From assembly GCA_031549565.1 (NCBI GenBank), contig JAVBPO010000054.1, positions 20,322-84,321 of the forward strand: 64,000 nt of DNA, in the 5' to 3' direction. This document shows positions 1 through 9,033 of the stretch, in pieces. This DNA is from Thermoguttaceae bacterium. GTDB taxonomy: Bacteria > Planctomycetota > Planctomycetia > Pirellulales > Thermoguttaceae. The position numbers and the translations under genes were made by a program. The stretch's first letter is position 1; every line of letters starts with the position of its first letter. The notes below the pieces were generated by a model, which did not search any database, was not told the origin of the DNA, and saw only the letters and a list, made by a program, of their open reading frames with translations.

Positions 1-516
1 GTTCATGAATACAACACGTCCACCGACCCGAACCTTCGCTTGGAAGCCGTCAAAGCCCTTGCGATGATTCCGCATCCGGACCGCATCGACAACTTGAAGC
101 TCGCGATTACGGATGGAAACGTCGATGTTCGAATCGCCGCCTGTCGCGGGTTGGTCAAAAATACGCAGACCAACCAGGGTTTGCCGAAGGACATGGAGCA
201 TACGTTTCGCTACGTCATTCAGAACGACGCCGACAAAGACGTCCGAATCGCCGCGATTCAGTGCCTGACCAAAGCGGGCCGCAAATGCGAGCCCGAAACA
301 TTGACGATTCTGGAGCAATGCTTAAATGATCGCGTTTCGGCCGTACGGTATGCCGCGACCGGAACTTTGACAACCTGCACGGGCAAAGATTTCGGGCCGG
401 ACGTCGAACGCTGGTTAAGGTATTTCCAGAGCCAACGCGGCGAAGCCGTTCCCGCTCCGAAAGAGCGATCCCTCGCCGAAAAACTTCCCAAACCGGAATG
501 GACGATGTTCCGTTGA
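1..516 (+). CDS. HEAT-repeat protein, C-terminal part (5' end lies upstream of the window)
   Basis: Frame 1 is open from nt 1, so track ORF 40..516 starts only at the first internal Met. Recurring helical-repeat signature 'DVRIAA(C/I)..L' / 'VSAVRYAA', as in PBS-lyase/HEAT-like repeats. Confidence 0.7.
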   Translation, partial: VHEYNTSTDPNLRLEAVKALAMIPHPDRIDNLKLAITDGNVDVRIAACRGLVKNTQTNQGLPKDMEHTFRYVIQNDADKDVRIAAIQCLTKAGRKCEPETLTILEQCLNDRVSAVRYAATGTLTTCTGKDFGPDVERWLRYFQSQRGEAVPAPKERSLAEKLPKPEWTMFR

Positions 517-544
517 AACGGAAGGCGACCGTCTCACCCACAAA

Positions 545-865
545 TCAGGGAGCGGTTTTCTTTCGAACGAACAGGATGAAGATTACCCTGTAAAGCAAAA
601 GGAATACGAACGCGCAAACGGTGGAAGCGCAGAATCCGATCGGACTGATCGGATTGAAATTTTCGATCTTCCACACGAGCGAAACCGTGAGCGGCCCGGC
701 GCAACATCCGAGAATGCCGATCAAAAGCGTTCCGATCAAACCGCTCGGCTCTTTCCCCGGCAACACACTTCGAACCGCAAGGCCGACAATCGCCGCAAAG
801 CCGATCCAGATCAGAATCACGTTGACCCACTGCTGAGCCGAAACCGAAAGATTGTAGTCGGGCAT
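545..865 (-). CDS. GlsB/YeaQ/YmgE-family small stress-response membrane protein
   Basis: Track ORF 545..916. Preferred start is MPDYNL (CAT at 863-865). Hydrophobic helices and 'LPGKEPSGLIGTLLIGILG' match the transglycosylase-associated/GlsB family signature. Confidence 0.7.
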   Translation of the reverse strand: MPDYNLSVSAQQWVNVILIWIGFAAIVGLAVRSVLPGKEPSGLIGTLLIGILGCCAGPLTVSLVWKIENFNPISPIGFCASTVCAFVFLLLYRVIFILFVRKKTAP

Positions 866-871
866 GGAGCG

Positions 872-939
872 AGATAATAGGTGATAAGTGATAGGTGATA
901 CTAAACAAGTAATCACTTATCACCTATCATCTATCACTT
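872..939. repeat. Heptamer array hairpin, unit [G/A]GTGATA and its reverse complement
   Basis: GATAATA GGTGATA AGTGATA GGTGATA (872-899) faces TATCACT TATCACC TATCATC TATCACT (911-939). 13-bp perfect core GGTGATAAGTGAT / ATCACTTATCACC. Confidence 0.85.
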
Positions 940-941
940 AA

Positions 942-1178
942 TTATTGTTGGTTCGTCTTTTCCGCTTTCATTTCGTTCATATAGCTTTCTTCCTTCGACA
1001 GAGGATATTGCGGGCCGGTCGGGAAGTACTGAACCCGTTGCTTCGTCCACTGCGGGCTGGGGAGCGTCATACCGTTGGTGTGAACGGTGCAACCGATCGA
1101 GGAAAGTGTTCCGAAAAGAATCGTTCCCCCCACCACCGTAAGAACCCAGCGTCCGACAATTTTTTTCACGCGATCCAT
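942..1178 (-). CDS. Small putative lipoprotein
   Basis: 78-aa ORF with an N-terminal signal peptide ending in the lipobox-like 'LSSIGC'. No recognisable domain. Confidence 0.5.
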   Translation of the reverse strand: MDRVKKIVGRWVLTVVGGTILFGTLSSIGCTVHTNGMTLPSPQWTKQRVQYFPTGPQYPLSKEESYMNEMKAEKTNQQ

Positions 1179-1431
1179 CGCTCAATCTCCTTAGAAAATA
1201 CGCTTAAACATTGGAAAAAAAGGTGATCTTTCATCGTAAGCCGTAAAATCGCCGTCGATTGCGGAACAGACCACTCATCTTCAAAATCTCTATCGTCGAA
1301 TCCCTACAAACGTCTTGAGTCGCATATTCGGAATATTTTATTTTTTTAGAATTGCGGGCATAACCGGGCTGTAAGAGGGGACCGGCGTATTGGCGGTTTT
1401 AATCTGCTTATTCCTGCGTACTTAACCAGGA

Positions 1432-2172
1432 TTAGCGTGCACAACAATGGTCGTGTCGGATCATCCGGATTCCATCGGATCCGTAAATCTCGCTGATCAT
1501 CCGGCCGTCCAAGGCCGAAGTCGGGTGGACCGCGACCGTACGATTGACGCAGATTACGCTCTTAACCAACCGGGACACGAACCCGATGTCGTGAGAAACG
1601 AGAATGATCGTGAGCTTCTTGTTCAATTCGCCGAGAATGTCGAACAGAATTTCTTCCGACGACGGATCGATGTTGCTGGTCGGCTCGTCGAGCAAAAGAA
1701 GTTCCGGATCCGAACAAAGCGCCCGGGCGATGAGCACCCGTTGACGCTGTCCGCCGGACAGTTTACGGAACGATGCGTTTTTCATCTCGGCCAACCGCAT
1801 CGTTTCCAACGCTCTTTCCGCCGCCGCTTTGTCCGCTTGGTCGTATCGGATTTTATACGAATCCCCCCGGAGTCGTCCCATCAGGACGACATCGAACACC
1901 GAAACCGGAAAACAGTAATCGACCTGGAGAAATTGAGGCGTGTATCCGACTCTTTCCCGGGTCCGTTTGGGAGCGTCCCCGAAAAGCAGGACCGATCCCT
2001 TTTGCGGCGTCAAGAGCCCGAGCATGAGCTTGAGCATCGTCGTCTTTCCGCCGCCGTTGGGCCCAACGATCGACGCAAAGTCTCCCCGCGGAATCGAAAG
2101 AGAAACCTCTTCCAAAACCGGCTGTTGCTCGTAAGCGAAGGAAACCGATTGAAATTCTACGACGGTCGGCAT
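1432..2172 (-). CDS. ABC transporter ATP-binding protein (metal-uptake/ZnuC-like subfamily), no adjacent permease
   Basis: Walker A 'GPNGGGKTT', ABC signature 'LSGGQRQR', Walker B 'LLLLDEPTS', H-loop 'VSHD'. Start chosen at MPTVVEF (CAT 2170-2172) rather than the track start at 2229. Confidence 0.9.
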   Translation of the reverse strand: MPTVVEFQSVSFAYEQQPVLEEVSLSIPRGDFASIVGPNGGGKTTMLKLMLGLLTPQKGSVLLFGDAPKRTRERVGYTPQFLQVDYCFPVSVFDVVLMGRLRGDSYKIRYDQADKAAAERALETMRLAEMKNASFRKLSGGQRQRVLIARALCSDPELLLLDEPTSNIDPSSEEILFDILGELNKKLTIILVSHDIGFVSRLVKSVICVNRTVAVHPTSALDGRMISEIYGSDGIRMIRHDHCCAR

Positions 2173-2280
2173 GGGATCAAATGAGCATCTCGATTTATTC
2201 CAGGGAGTGTGGACGCCTCGCCCGCACATCGCATGTTTTCAAGTATCAAAAAAAGTTTTGATATTGGGATGCTAATCATA

Positions 2281-2400
2281 AAGGCTGTACACTGTAGGCT
2301 TTAGGCTGTAGTTTCCAAAGAGATTTTTTTCTGAAATGAAATGTAACCTGTTCTATCAATCGCTCTGAATTACCATTGAATTCCTATAGCCTATAGCCTT
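2281..2400. repeat. Heptamer arrays GGCTGTA-type (2281-2311) and reverse complement CCTATAG x2 (2383-2400)
   Basis: AAGGCTG TACACTG TAGGCTT TAGGCTG TAG ... CCTATAG CCTATAG CCTT. Same unit family as 46416-46510 and 60129-60151. Confidence 0.7.
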
Positions 2401-2670
2401 TACTCAAACTGTAAACGATAGGCCGTAATCTTAATCCCAAGAAGCTCGAAGCGGAAGGCATCCCTATCTTCGTCTTTACAAAAGTCGGGCGGTGAGGCTA
2501 TAATAGGCATGGCGGCCTTGCTGAAGCTGGCTGCTTGGTGGGAATTGCGTGTTTCCCGCGCCCGTTCACCTCTTGAAGGAGAAGAATCATGTCCGAACAA
2601 GGAAGTCGGCCTGTCCCCCCCCCGCCTTGCGGAAAGAAGTGTCGTTCCGCTCAATCAACTTTGGAGCCGG

Positions 2671-2955
2671 CTGAGACCGGAAAGACGGCAGCAGACGTTG
2701 CATCTGCCGGCAAACATCGTGGCTCGGCACGTCGAGCACGAAGTTCCGAAGTGCGATTTTTGCGACAAGGAATTCCAACGGGTCGGTGAAGAACGTTCCG
2801 AACAGCTTCATTTCAAGCCGATGGAACTGTTCGTCGTCGTGACGATCTTGTGCAAATACATCGCGACGTGCGATTGTTCCGAAAAACGAAGCGAGACGGT
2901 CGAATCTCCGATTCGGGCTGTCGATCGCGGTGTCGCCGGGAATTCGTTGGTCGCG
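2671..2955 (+). pseudogene. IS66-family transposase N-terminal (zinc-finger) fragment; DDE catalytic domain absent
   Basis: Part of track ORF 2509..3219. 'LPANIVARHVEHEVPKCDFCDKEFQRVGEERSEQLHFKPMELFVVVTILCKYIATCDC...PIRAVDRGVAGNSLVA' follows the IS66 TnpC pattern LP..R..v.H..p..C..C...l..iGe..SEqL.y.P....V.....KY.C..C....P....i.rG.aG..LlA. The pattern then stops abruptly. Confidence 0.45.
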
Positions 2956-3219
2956 ACGTTCGAGGACATCGTGTTCGAACAAGCGTCGACGAAACTTGAA
3001 AGAGGGGATTTTCTTTTCACGTTCACCGACGGTGTCACCGAAGCGCATCGGGAAACGGAAAACGACCTGTTCGGGGGAAAACGCCTGATCGCGCTGCTGG
3101 AGCGTTGTCGGGCGGATAATTCCCGAGCGATCTGCGAAGAGGTCCGCCGTGAAATCCTCGACTTTTCCGGCGGCCAACGACACGATGATATCACGTTGCT
3201 GGTTCTGGAAAGAAGATGA
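2956..3219 (+). pseudogene. C-terminal remnant of a PP2C/SpoIIE-type (RsbU-like) phosphatase, fused in frame to the IS66 fragment
   Basis: 'LERGDFLFTFTDGVTEAHRE..DLFGGKRL...ILDFSGGQRHDDITLLVLER' matches the last ~85 aa of SpoIIE/PP2C domains. The N-terminal two thirds of the domain are missing. Confidence 0.45.
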
Positions 3220-3231
3220 CACCGATCTCGA

Positions 3232-4566
3232 TTATTGCTCGCTCTGCTTGACCAAGACCATTTCGACGAGATTGAGCCGGGCCGCGTTGTCCAAACCGTC
3301 CGGCAAATCGACGGTGATCGTCAGGTTTTTGACGCCGTTAAGATCGACGCGGAGCGGCCTTGCGGCGTGGTCTCCCCGGATCGTCGTTTCATAAAGAAGG
3401 ACGCCGTCGCCGGAAAACACGAGCTTGACTCGGCCGCTGGGACGGATTCGATCGTCGATTCCGGCAAGGCCCAGGAGCGTCGTATACTCGCCGGACAGTT
3501 GATAAACGATTTCCGTTTTCGCCAGGATCGTATACCCGGTGTCGTGGAGTTTTCCGTCCAGCATGACACCCTCGAGCGTCGTAAGTGGAAGCTGCTTCGT
3601 TTTTTTCAACCGGGACGGCGGCCCGACGCCGGGAATCGTGGGGGACGTTCCGTCAGACGGCGTCGATTCGGTTTTACCCGCAATCGCAATCGCCATCCGA
3701 TCCAGGAGAGCGAGCGGATTCTGTTCGTTTTTCTCCATCCATTGTACGGGCGGAGTCGAGCGAACGGATATTGGTGTCAAACGGACCAACGGGACCGTAT
3801 TGACTTTCCCGAAATCGGCGGAAACCCAGTCGGAAAACGGGGTCGTCCCTTGTAGGCCCCAAACGGTTTTCCAACGAAACAGGTCTTGCGGCGCGTCGTA
3901 AATCAATTCGGTCAAACTCCACGACGAACCGTCCCGTTCGACGAACTGGCAAAACGGGACCGCCGGTTTCGACGTTTCGATCCCATGAAAAATCAGCCCG
4001 ACGATTTTTTTGCGGGACACGGAGAGAACGGATCCGTCCAACTCGAACCCGACGGTTTCCGGTTCGATTTTCCGGATGATACCGTCGTGGTAATCCAAGG
4101 CCCCTTCGACCTCGACGAGCAGGCGGTCTTCCGCCGATTTTGTGCGTAAAATCTTTTGAATATCGGCGGGAACGTCTTTCGCGGCTTCTTCCGGCGTCAC
4201 GGAAAAACGTACCAATTCGACCGCGTCGATCGCAACGGAAAGTTTCGTCCCGTCCACGCGAACGATTTCGATCGTTTGATTCACGGTCGTTAAATCCTTC
4301 CCGACGATCCGGGTTCCGCCGAGCAGATGGACGACGACTCGCGGTTCGCTCGTGATGAATTCCGGCGTTGCAGTCGGTCGGATTTCCAGAATTCGTTCCA
4401 CGGGATACTCGACCGTTTGCGTTCCCGTCGCAATCACGGCTTTGCCGGATTCAAGTCGGACCAACTCCCCGCGGGACGCCTTCTGATCGACGTCGACGAG
4501 ATTGACGCTCCTTTCGGCAGCAACCGACAAAAGGAGCAAAAGCACAGGAGCCGCGAAATTCATCAT
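3232..4566 (-). CDS. Secreted protein with C-terminal NPCBM/NEW2-like carbohydrate-binding module
   Basis: 444-aa ORF with signal peptide 'MMNFAAPVLLLLLSVAA'. C-terminus 'LLGLAGIDDRIRPSGRVKLVFSGDGVLLYETTIRG...VDLNGVKNLTITVD' fits the NPCBM-type pattern (GiDD...gsV.F.v..DG..l...). Confidence 0.65.
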   Translation of the reverse strand: MMNFAAPVLLLLLSVAAERSVNLVDVDQKASRGELVRLESGKAVIATGTQTVEYPVERILEIRPTATPEFITSEPRVVVHLLGGTRIVGKDLTTVNQTIEIVRVDGTKLSVAIDAVELVRFSVTPEEAAKDVPADIQKILRTKSAEDRLLVEVEGALDYHDGIIRKIEPETVGFELDGSVLSVSRKKIVGLIFHGIETSKPAVPFCQFVERDGSSWSLTELIYDAPQDLFRWKTVWGLQGTTPFSDWVSADFGKVNTVPLVRLTPISVRSTPPVQWMEKNEQNPLALLDRMAIAIAGKTESTPSDGTSPTIPGVGPPSRLKKTKQLPLTTLEGVMLDGKLHDTGYTILAKTEIVYQLSGEYTTLLGLAGIDDRIRPSGRVKLVFSGDGVLLYETTIRGDHAARPLRVDLNGVKNLTITVDLPDGLDNAARLNLVEMVLVKQSEQ

Positions 4567-4665
4567 CGTTAGCGGCGGGGCTTGCCCCGCGTTGGGGCTG
4601 TTTTATTCTCGACCTTCCGGCAAAAGGGCACGGGCGCCTTCGGCGCTCCGGCTAAACGGTGGAAT

Positions 4666-7600
4666 TTACGAAAGTAAATCGACTAAAACCTTGTCAGTCA
4701 AGCGGAGCGAGTCGAGCGGCGATACGGTTGCTTCGAAAAATTCCTCGGTCGTCAACTCACCATCGGCGTCGTCGAAAAGTTGGCTCAGCGCTTGATCGAA
4801 CGCCTCGACTCGTTTTCCGGTCGCGTCGAAGACCGATTCGGTCCGGGCAACGTACCCAAGCGTGTCGAGTTCGGAAACGGTCAGCAGTGCGGTCGGCGCG
4901 AATTCAAAGCGGGAAGCCGTCGCGAAATCGAGATTCGAGGAATTGACGAAAACGTCCGCATTTTCCTCCGCGACTTCGGCGATTGCGACGAATTCGCTTA
5001 CTTCTTCGGTAACAACGTTTTCCGGGGTCTCGTCCTCAATTGACGCGAGGAAATCGTCGATCAAGGCCGCGGTTTCTTCATTTTGAACGATGTCGTCGAT
5101 GTTTTCGATCGCGACCACGGGCTTGGAAACCTCCATCAGATCGGCGGAAGGTTCCGGGACGTCTGCAGAAGCGAGTTGCGGCCAGTAGGCCGGGAAACGA
5201 CCCGGAAAACGAAAATGCAGAAAAATATCTCCGCGTTTCACCTGACTGGCGGCAAGGGCACTGAACGTTCCGGCCCGGGTAAAATTGGTAAAATCGCCGA
5301 TTCCAACCTGTCCGTAGTAATCGTCTTCAAACTCTTTTCTGGAATCCAAGTGGTCGAAGTCCCATTTCGCATAGACGGAATCCTCTCCCTCGACTTTCTG
5401 CCCCCAGTTGCTGGGGTTGGTCAGTGCCGTGAAGTCGGTGACGTTGATGATGCCGTCGTCGTTAAAGTCGTAGATCACCGGATAGACCGGCATCATTTTG
5501 CCGTCGGCGAGGTTGACGAGGTTTTTTGAGTTCATCTGCGACGTCCCTGAATCGTAGAGGAATCCGCTGGAAACCGGTTTGGCATAACCGAATTCGGGAA
5601 TCGGGACACCGACGTTTTCCTTCGAACCGGTCGAGGTGTTGTCCGCCGGACTGACGAAGACGCGGAAAAGGAGGACGTATTTATCCTTGCCGATTCCCGT
5701 CGATTTCGACGTTCCCGAAACGATAATCTTACCCGAATTGACGTCCACTTTCGTCGTCGTGGTGTCGAGCGTGAAGTTGGAACTCGTTTGGATGTCCGAG
5801 GTCGTCGCTTTGAACAGCGTCTTGTCGTAATTGACGGTCGTGGTAAAGGAAGTGATGCCGTTCGTGTCGGTCGTCGAACCGATCGACCCCCAGACTTCGA
5901 GGTAGTAGTGTCCCCATTCGTGGAGCCAAGTCAGCCGGGGATCGTGATCCGTATCGCTTCCGGCGGGAATCGTATCGTATTGAGCGTTATAAAGCGGGAC
6001 CGTATAGTCTGGATCATACTCCCGGAAGACGATCTCCATCGAGCCGGACGAAACTTCGGAAACCGTCGTGTTCTCGAAGCGGAAGATTTTATTGCCGCTG
6101 ACGATCACCACGCCGGGCGTTTTGGCACCGTAACCGGCGGCGGATTTGCTTCCGGTTTTGAAACCGGTCGCCATGCCGAACACCGTCTTGCTGTTGAGCG
6201 AACCTTCGAGCGTCAAGGTTCCGGCTCCGACCCAGTTGACCGTGGTGTCATACTTTCCGGCCTGACTTCCTTTGTTTTGGAAGACCATCGCCTGGTTCGT
6301 CGCGGAGGAAACGCCGACGATGATGTCGATTCGTCCGTCCGAGTCGAAATCCTCGAACATCATCTGGTAGTTTCGAACCCCGGCTTTCAGGGCCAAATTG
6401 CTGATCCGGTCCGTTTTCTCGTCGTGGTTGAATTCGCCGTTTGCGTTTTGCGTGTAAAACCGGATTTGATTGTCGCCGGCGTTGAGGACGGCGAAATCGA
6501 GACGCCCGTCGCCGTTGATATCGGCCGTGGCGACGACGCTCGGCTTGGATCCGATTTGGGTGTTGACGTCCAGCACGGTCCCGACCGTGACCGTGGTGGC
6601 ATTCAGATCGAATGAGCCGTCGCCTTTATTCTTAAAGATCGAGACGGTCGCCTTGGTTTCGTTGACCGTGATGATATCGTCGTACAGGTCGTTATTGAAA
6701 TCCCCTTTGGCCATGTGCGTAACCGGCGTAACGGCGGCGGGCAATCTGGTCGTCTTGGGCGTCACCGTGGCTCCATCGAACGAAAACGTGAGAATTTCCT
6801 TGCCGTCGTCATGGAGCACAGCGAGGTCGTCCTTCGGATGCAAAGCGCCGGGAACGCGTTTGTTGATGAAGTTTCCTGCAACCAGAACCGAAGGATTGAT
6901 CGCTTCGGTAATGGTCGTAAATTTCGAGAAAAGATTGCTTTTCCCCGGGGCGAGGCCGGTGTAAAGCGTCAACGTCGTCCCGGATTTTCCTTGGGCGACG
7001 ACGAAATCCATGTACCCGTCGCCGTCGAAGTCCCCGAAGACGGCATTGGTGACATCGGCGGAGAAATCCAAAAGCACCTTTCCTGTATTGTAGTTCGGGT
7101 CCGAAGGATTTCCGGGCAGGAACATCAACTGTTTTTCGCCGATGGCGATCACGTCCTGGTAGCCGTCGCCGTCGAAGTCCCCGACCTGGGTCGCGAGATA
7201 ATTGGCGAAGGAATCGATTTTCGATTGGAGGGTGAACTGTCCGGTACTGGAGCCGACGAGAAATTGGTACGAAGTTCCGTCGCTGACGAGGATGTCGATG
7301 TACCCGTCGTTATTCATGTCGCCGATCGTACAATAACGCGGCTCGATGTCGGTATCGATCGTGCTGGGGGTTATCTGGACGTCGGACGTTCCCGAGGGGA
7401 GCGAACTGGACGAGACGTGCGAGATACGGACGGCGTATTTGTTTTGGGAATTGGCGTTGATGTAGTTGATTCCCGTAATGATTTCTTCGGGGGCGTCCCG
7501 GTTGACGTTGGCGATTTTCGTCCAGATCGGATTCGCGGCGGTGTACTCCTTCTTGCCGGCCGCGGTCGCGGTGAGCGTGGTCGTCGTTGCCGTGGCGTTG

Positions 7601-8559
7601 TAGAAATTCAACGTCTGGATAACCTTCTTGTCGTCCGTCGGAGTGGTGGTTGTCTGGCTGATCAACTGCAGCGCACTGGTATCGGAAGTGACTTTCCCGA
7701 AACCGATCGCATTCCCCGTAACCGTGGACGGGACGGCGATCGCGGTCGTCTGGAATCCCTTGTCCTGGCCGACGAAGAAGAACGACTTGGTCGTTTTCGT
7801 TTTACTCGAACCTTCATAGGCGGTTCCCGTCATGGTAATCAGGAGGTCGGGATGGACTTTCCCGGAAGAATCGGCGACCACCTCGCGCACCTGGAGACTC
7901 TCCAACTCTAAATCGTTGTCGTTCGCTGATAACGAGAAAGGATAAGTAATGGTCGATCGCGTGTAAGACGTGGCAAAAGTTCCGTTGCTTGATCCCTGGT
8001 ATACGTCGATATTCAGGTCGCCCCGTGTTTTGTGGACCGTTTTGCCGTCCACGACCTCGGAATAAATGACCGTAGTGGTCGAGAAGACCAGCAGATCGGC
8101 GACGCCGTCGGCGTTCATGTCGGCAACCGCGTACTGCCTCGATTTGACGTTGCTGTTGCTCCCGCCGATGTCGGAGATGACGGTCTTCACCGCCGCTCCG
8201 TACTGGTTGCTCGAACTGCCGTTGTTCAGGAAGACGGACACCGTTTGCAGTTCCCGGTCGATGGAAACGATGTCGTTGCCGACATTGCCGATTTTTGCGA
8301 CTTCGAGAAAGTGGGAGCGTTCCAAAGCGAACGTAATTGCCGAAGCCGAGTCCGATTTGTACGTAAAGTCGGCAAGCTGGTCGAACGTGATCGCCGAAGC
8401 GGTGAGCATGCAACGCTCTTCGAGGCTTTCGACCGCGAGTTTTTTACTGCGCGGCGCGGAGGATTTTCTCCCCTTGGGTGTTTTCTTTTTCTCGGCGGAA
8501 GATTCCGAATTGGTCGCGGTGGTCAACAGTTGGATCCATCGGGAGAATGACTTTTTCAT
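4666..8559 (-). CDS. Giant secreted FG-GAP/VCBS-repeat protein with dockerin-like motif and acidic C-terminal tail
   Basis: 1297-aa ORF with a basic leader followed by 'VESLEERCMLTA'. At least six Ca-binding FG-GAP-type repeats: DMNADGVADLLVF, GDMNNDGYIDILV, GDFDGDGYQDVIA, GDFDGDGYMDFVV, ADINGDGRLDFAV, EDFDSDGRIDIIV. Dockerin-like 'YDFNDDGIINVTDF'. Confidence 0.9.
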   Translation of the reverse strand: MKKSFSRWIQLLTTATNSESSAEKKKTPKGRKSSAPRSKKLAVESLEERCMLTASAITFDQLADFTYKSDSASAITFALERSHFLEVAKIGNVGNDIVSIDRELQTVSVFLNNGSSSNQYGAAVKTVISDIGGSNSNVKSRQYAVADMNADGVADLLVFSTTTVIYSEVVDGKTVHKTRGDLNIDVYQGSSNGTFATSYTRSTITYPFSLSANDNDLELESLQVREVVADSSGKVHPDLLITMTGTAYEGSSKTKTTKSFFFVGQDKGFQTTAIAVPSTVTGNAIGFGKVTSDTSALQLISQTTTTPTDDKKVIQTLNFYNATATTTTLTATAAGKKEYTAANPIWTKIANVNRDAPEEIITGINYINANSQNKYAVRISHVSSSSLPSGTSDVQITPSTIDTDIEPRYCTIGDMNNDGYIDILVSDGTSYQFLVGSSTGQFTLQSKIDSFANYLATQVGDFDGDGYQDVIAIGEKQLMFLPGNPSDPNYNTGKVLLDFSADVTNAVFGDFDGDGYMDFVVAQGKSGTTLTLYTGLAPGKSNLFSKFTTITEAINPSVLVAGNFINKRVPGALHPKDDLAVLHDDGKEILTFSFDGATVTPKTTRLPAAVTPVTHMAKGDFNNDLYDDIITVNETKATVSIFKNKGDGSFDLNATTVTVGTVLDVNTQIGSKPSVVATADINGDGRLDFAVLNAGDNQIRFYTQNANGEFNHDEKTDRISNLALKAGVRNYQMMFEDFDSDGRIDIIVGVSSATNQAMVFQNKGSQAGKYDTTVNWVGAGTLTLEGSLNSKTVFGMATGFKTGSKSAAGYGAKTPGVVIVSGNKIFRFENTTVSEVSSGSMEIVFREYDPDYTVPLYNAQYDTIPAGSDTDHDPRLTWLHEWGHYYLEVWGSIGSTTDTNGITSFTTTVNYDKTLFKATTSDIQTSSNFTLDTTTTKVDVNSGKIIVSGTSKSTGIGKDKYVLLFRVFVSPADNTSTGSKENVGVPIPEFGYAKPVSSGFLYDSGTSQMNSKNLVNLADGKMMPVYPVIYDFNDDGIINVTDFTALTNPSNWGQKVEGEDSVYAKWDFDHLDSRKEFEDDYYGQVGIGDFTNFTRAGTFSALAASQVKRGDIFLHFRFPGRFPAYWPQLASADVPEPSADLMEVSKPVVAIENIDDIVQNEETAALIDDFLASIEDETPENVVTEEVSEFVAIAEVAEENADVFVNSSNLDFATASRFEFAPTALLTVSELDTLGYVARTESVFDATGKRVEAFDQALSQLFDDADGELTTEEFFEATVSPLDSLRLTDKVLVDLLS

Positions 8560-8836
8560 TGCCGTCTCAGTCGTATGTGAAGTAAAAGGAAAGCGGGTCG
8601 GCCACGACCAACGTGCCCCGGATTATAACGAAAAAAAACGTCGTTGGGGAAGTGCGGGGAAAAATAACACTCTAAAATTATCGAAAAATTTATTTTTTCG
8701 AGTAGACGACCGGTCCATTATACACAAATCCTTTTTTTACGCAAGAAAAGAACAGGTGATAAATCGGGAACAACCGCCCACTTGGAGTCTTGGTTGCCGT
8801 GTCAGGGATTAAAGTTCACGAAATTTTGAAAAAATT

Positions 8837-8911
8837 GGAAAAAATAAGGGAGGGGAAGGAAAAGGGGAAAAGGGTTGAAGGGTGGAAAGGAAGAAGGGAG
8901 AAAGAGGGGAA
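8837..8911. repeat. 75-nt homopurine tract (71 of 75 positions are A/G)
   Basis: GGAAAAAATAAGGGAGGGGAAGGAAAAGGGGAAAAGGGTTGAAGGGTGGAAAGGAAGAAGGGAGAAAGAGGGGAA. The only pyrimidines are T8845, T8875, T8876 and T8883. Confidence 0.9.
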
Positions 8912-8919
8912 CGTTCATT

Positions 8920-9033
8920 ACGCTCGCTTACGCTTCCCGCTCATTTCTCATTTCTTATTTGTTATTTGTTATTTGTTATTTGTTATTTGTTATTTGTTAT
9001 TTGTTATTTGTCATTTGTTATTTGTCATTCCCC
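8920..9033. repeat. Conserved box ACGCTCGCTTACGCTTCCCGCTC followed by 13 units of ATTT[C/G]T[T/C]
   Basis: Box at 8920-8942. Exact 7-nt phasing from 8943 to 9033. The stop codon (TCA at 9025-9027, minus strand) of gene 9025..10737 straddles the junction of the last two units. Confidence 0.9.

Noticed and set aside
2509-3219. Treating the 236-aa ORF as one intact gene.
   Set aside because: The two halves belong to unrelated families (IS66 transposase N-terminus and PP2C C-terminus) and both are incomplete. I called them as pseudogene fragments instead.
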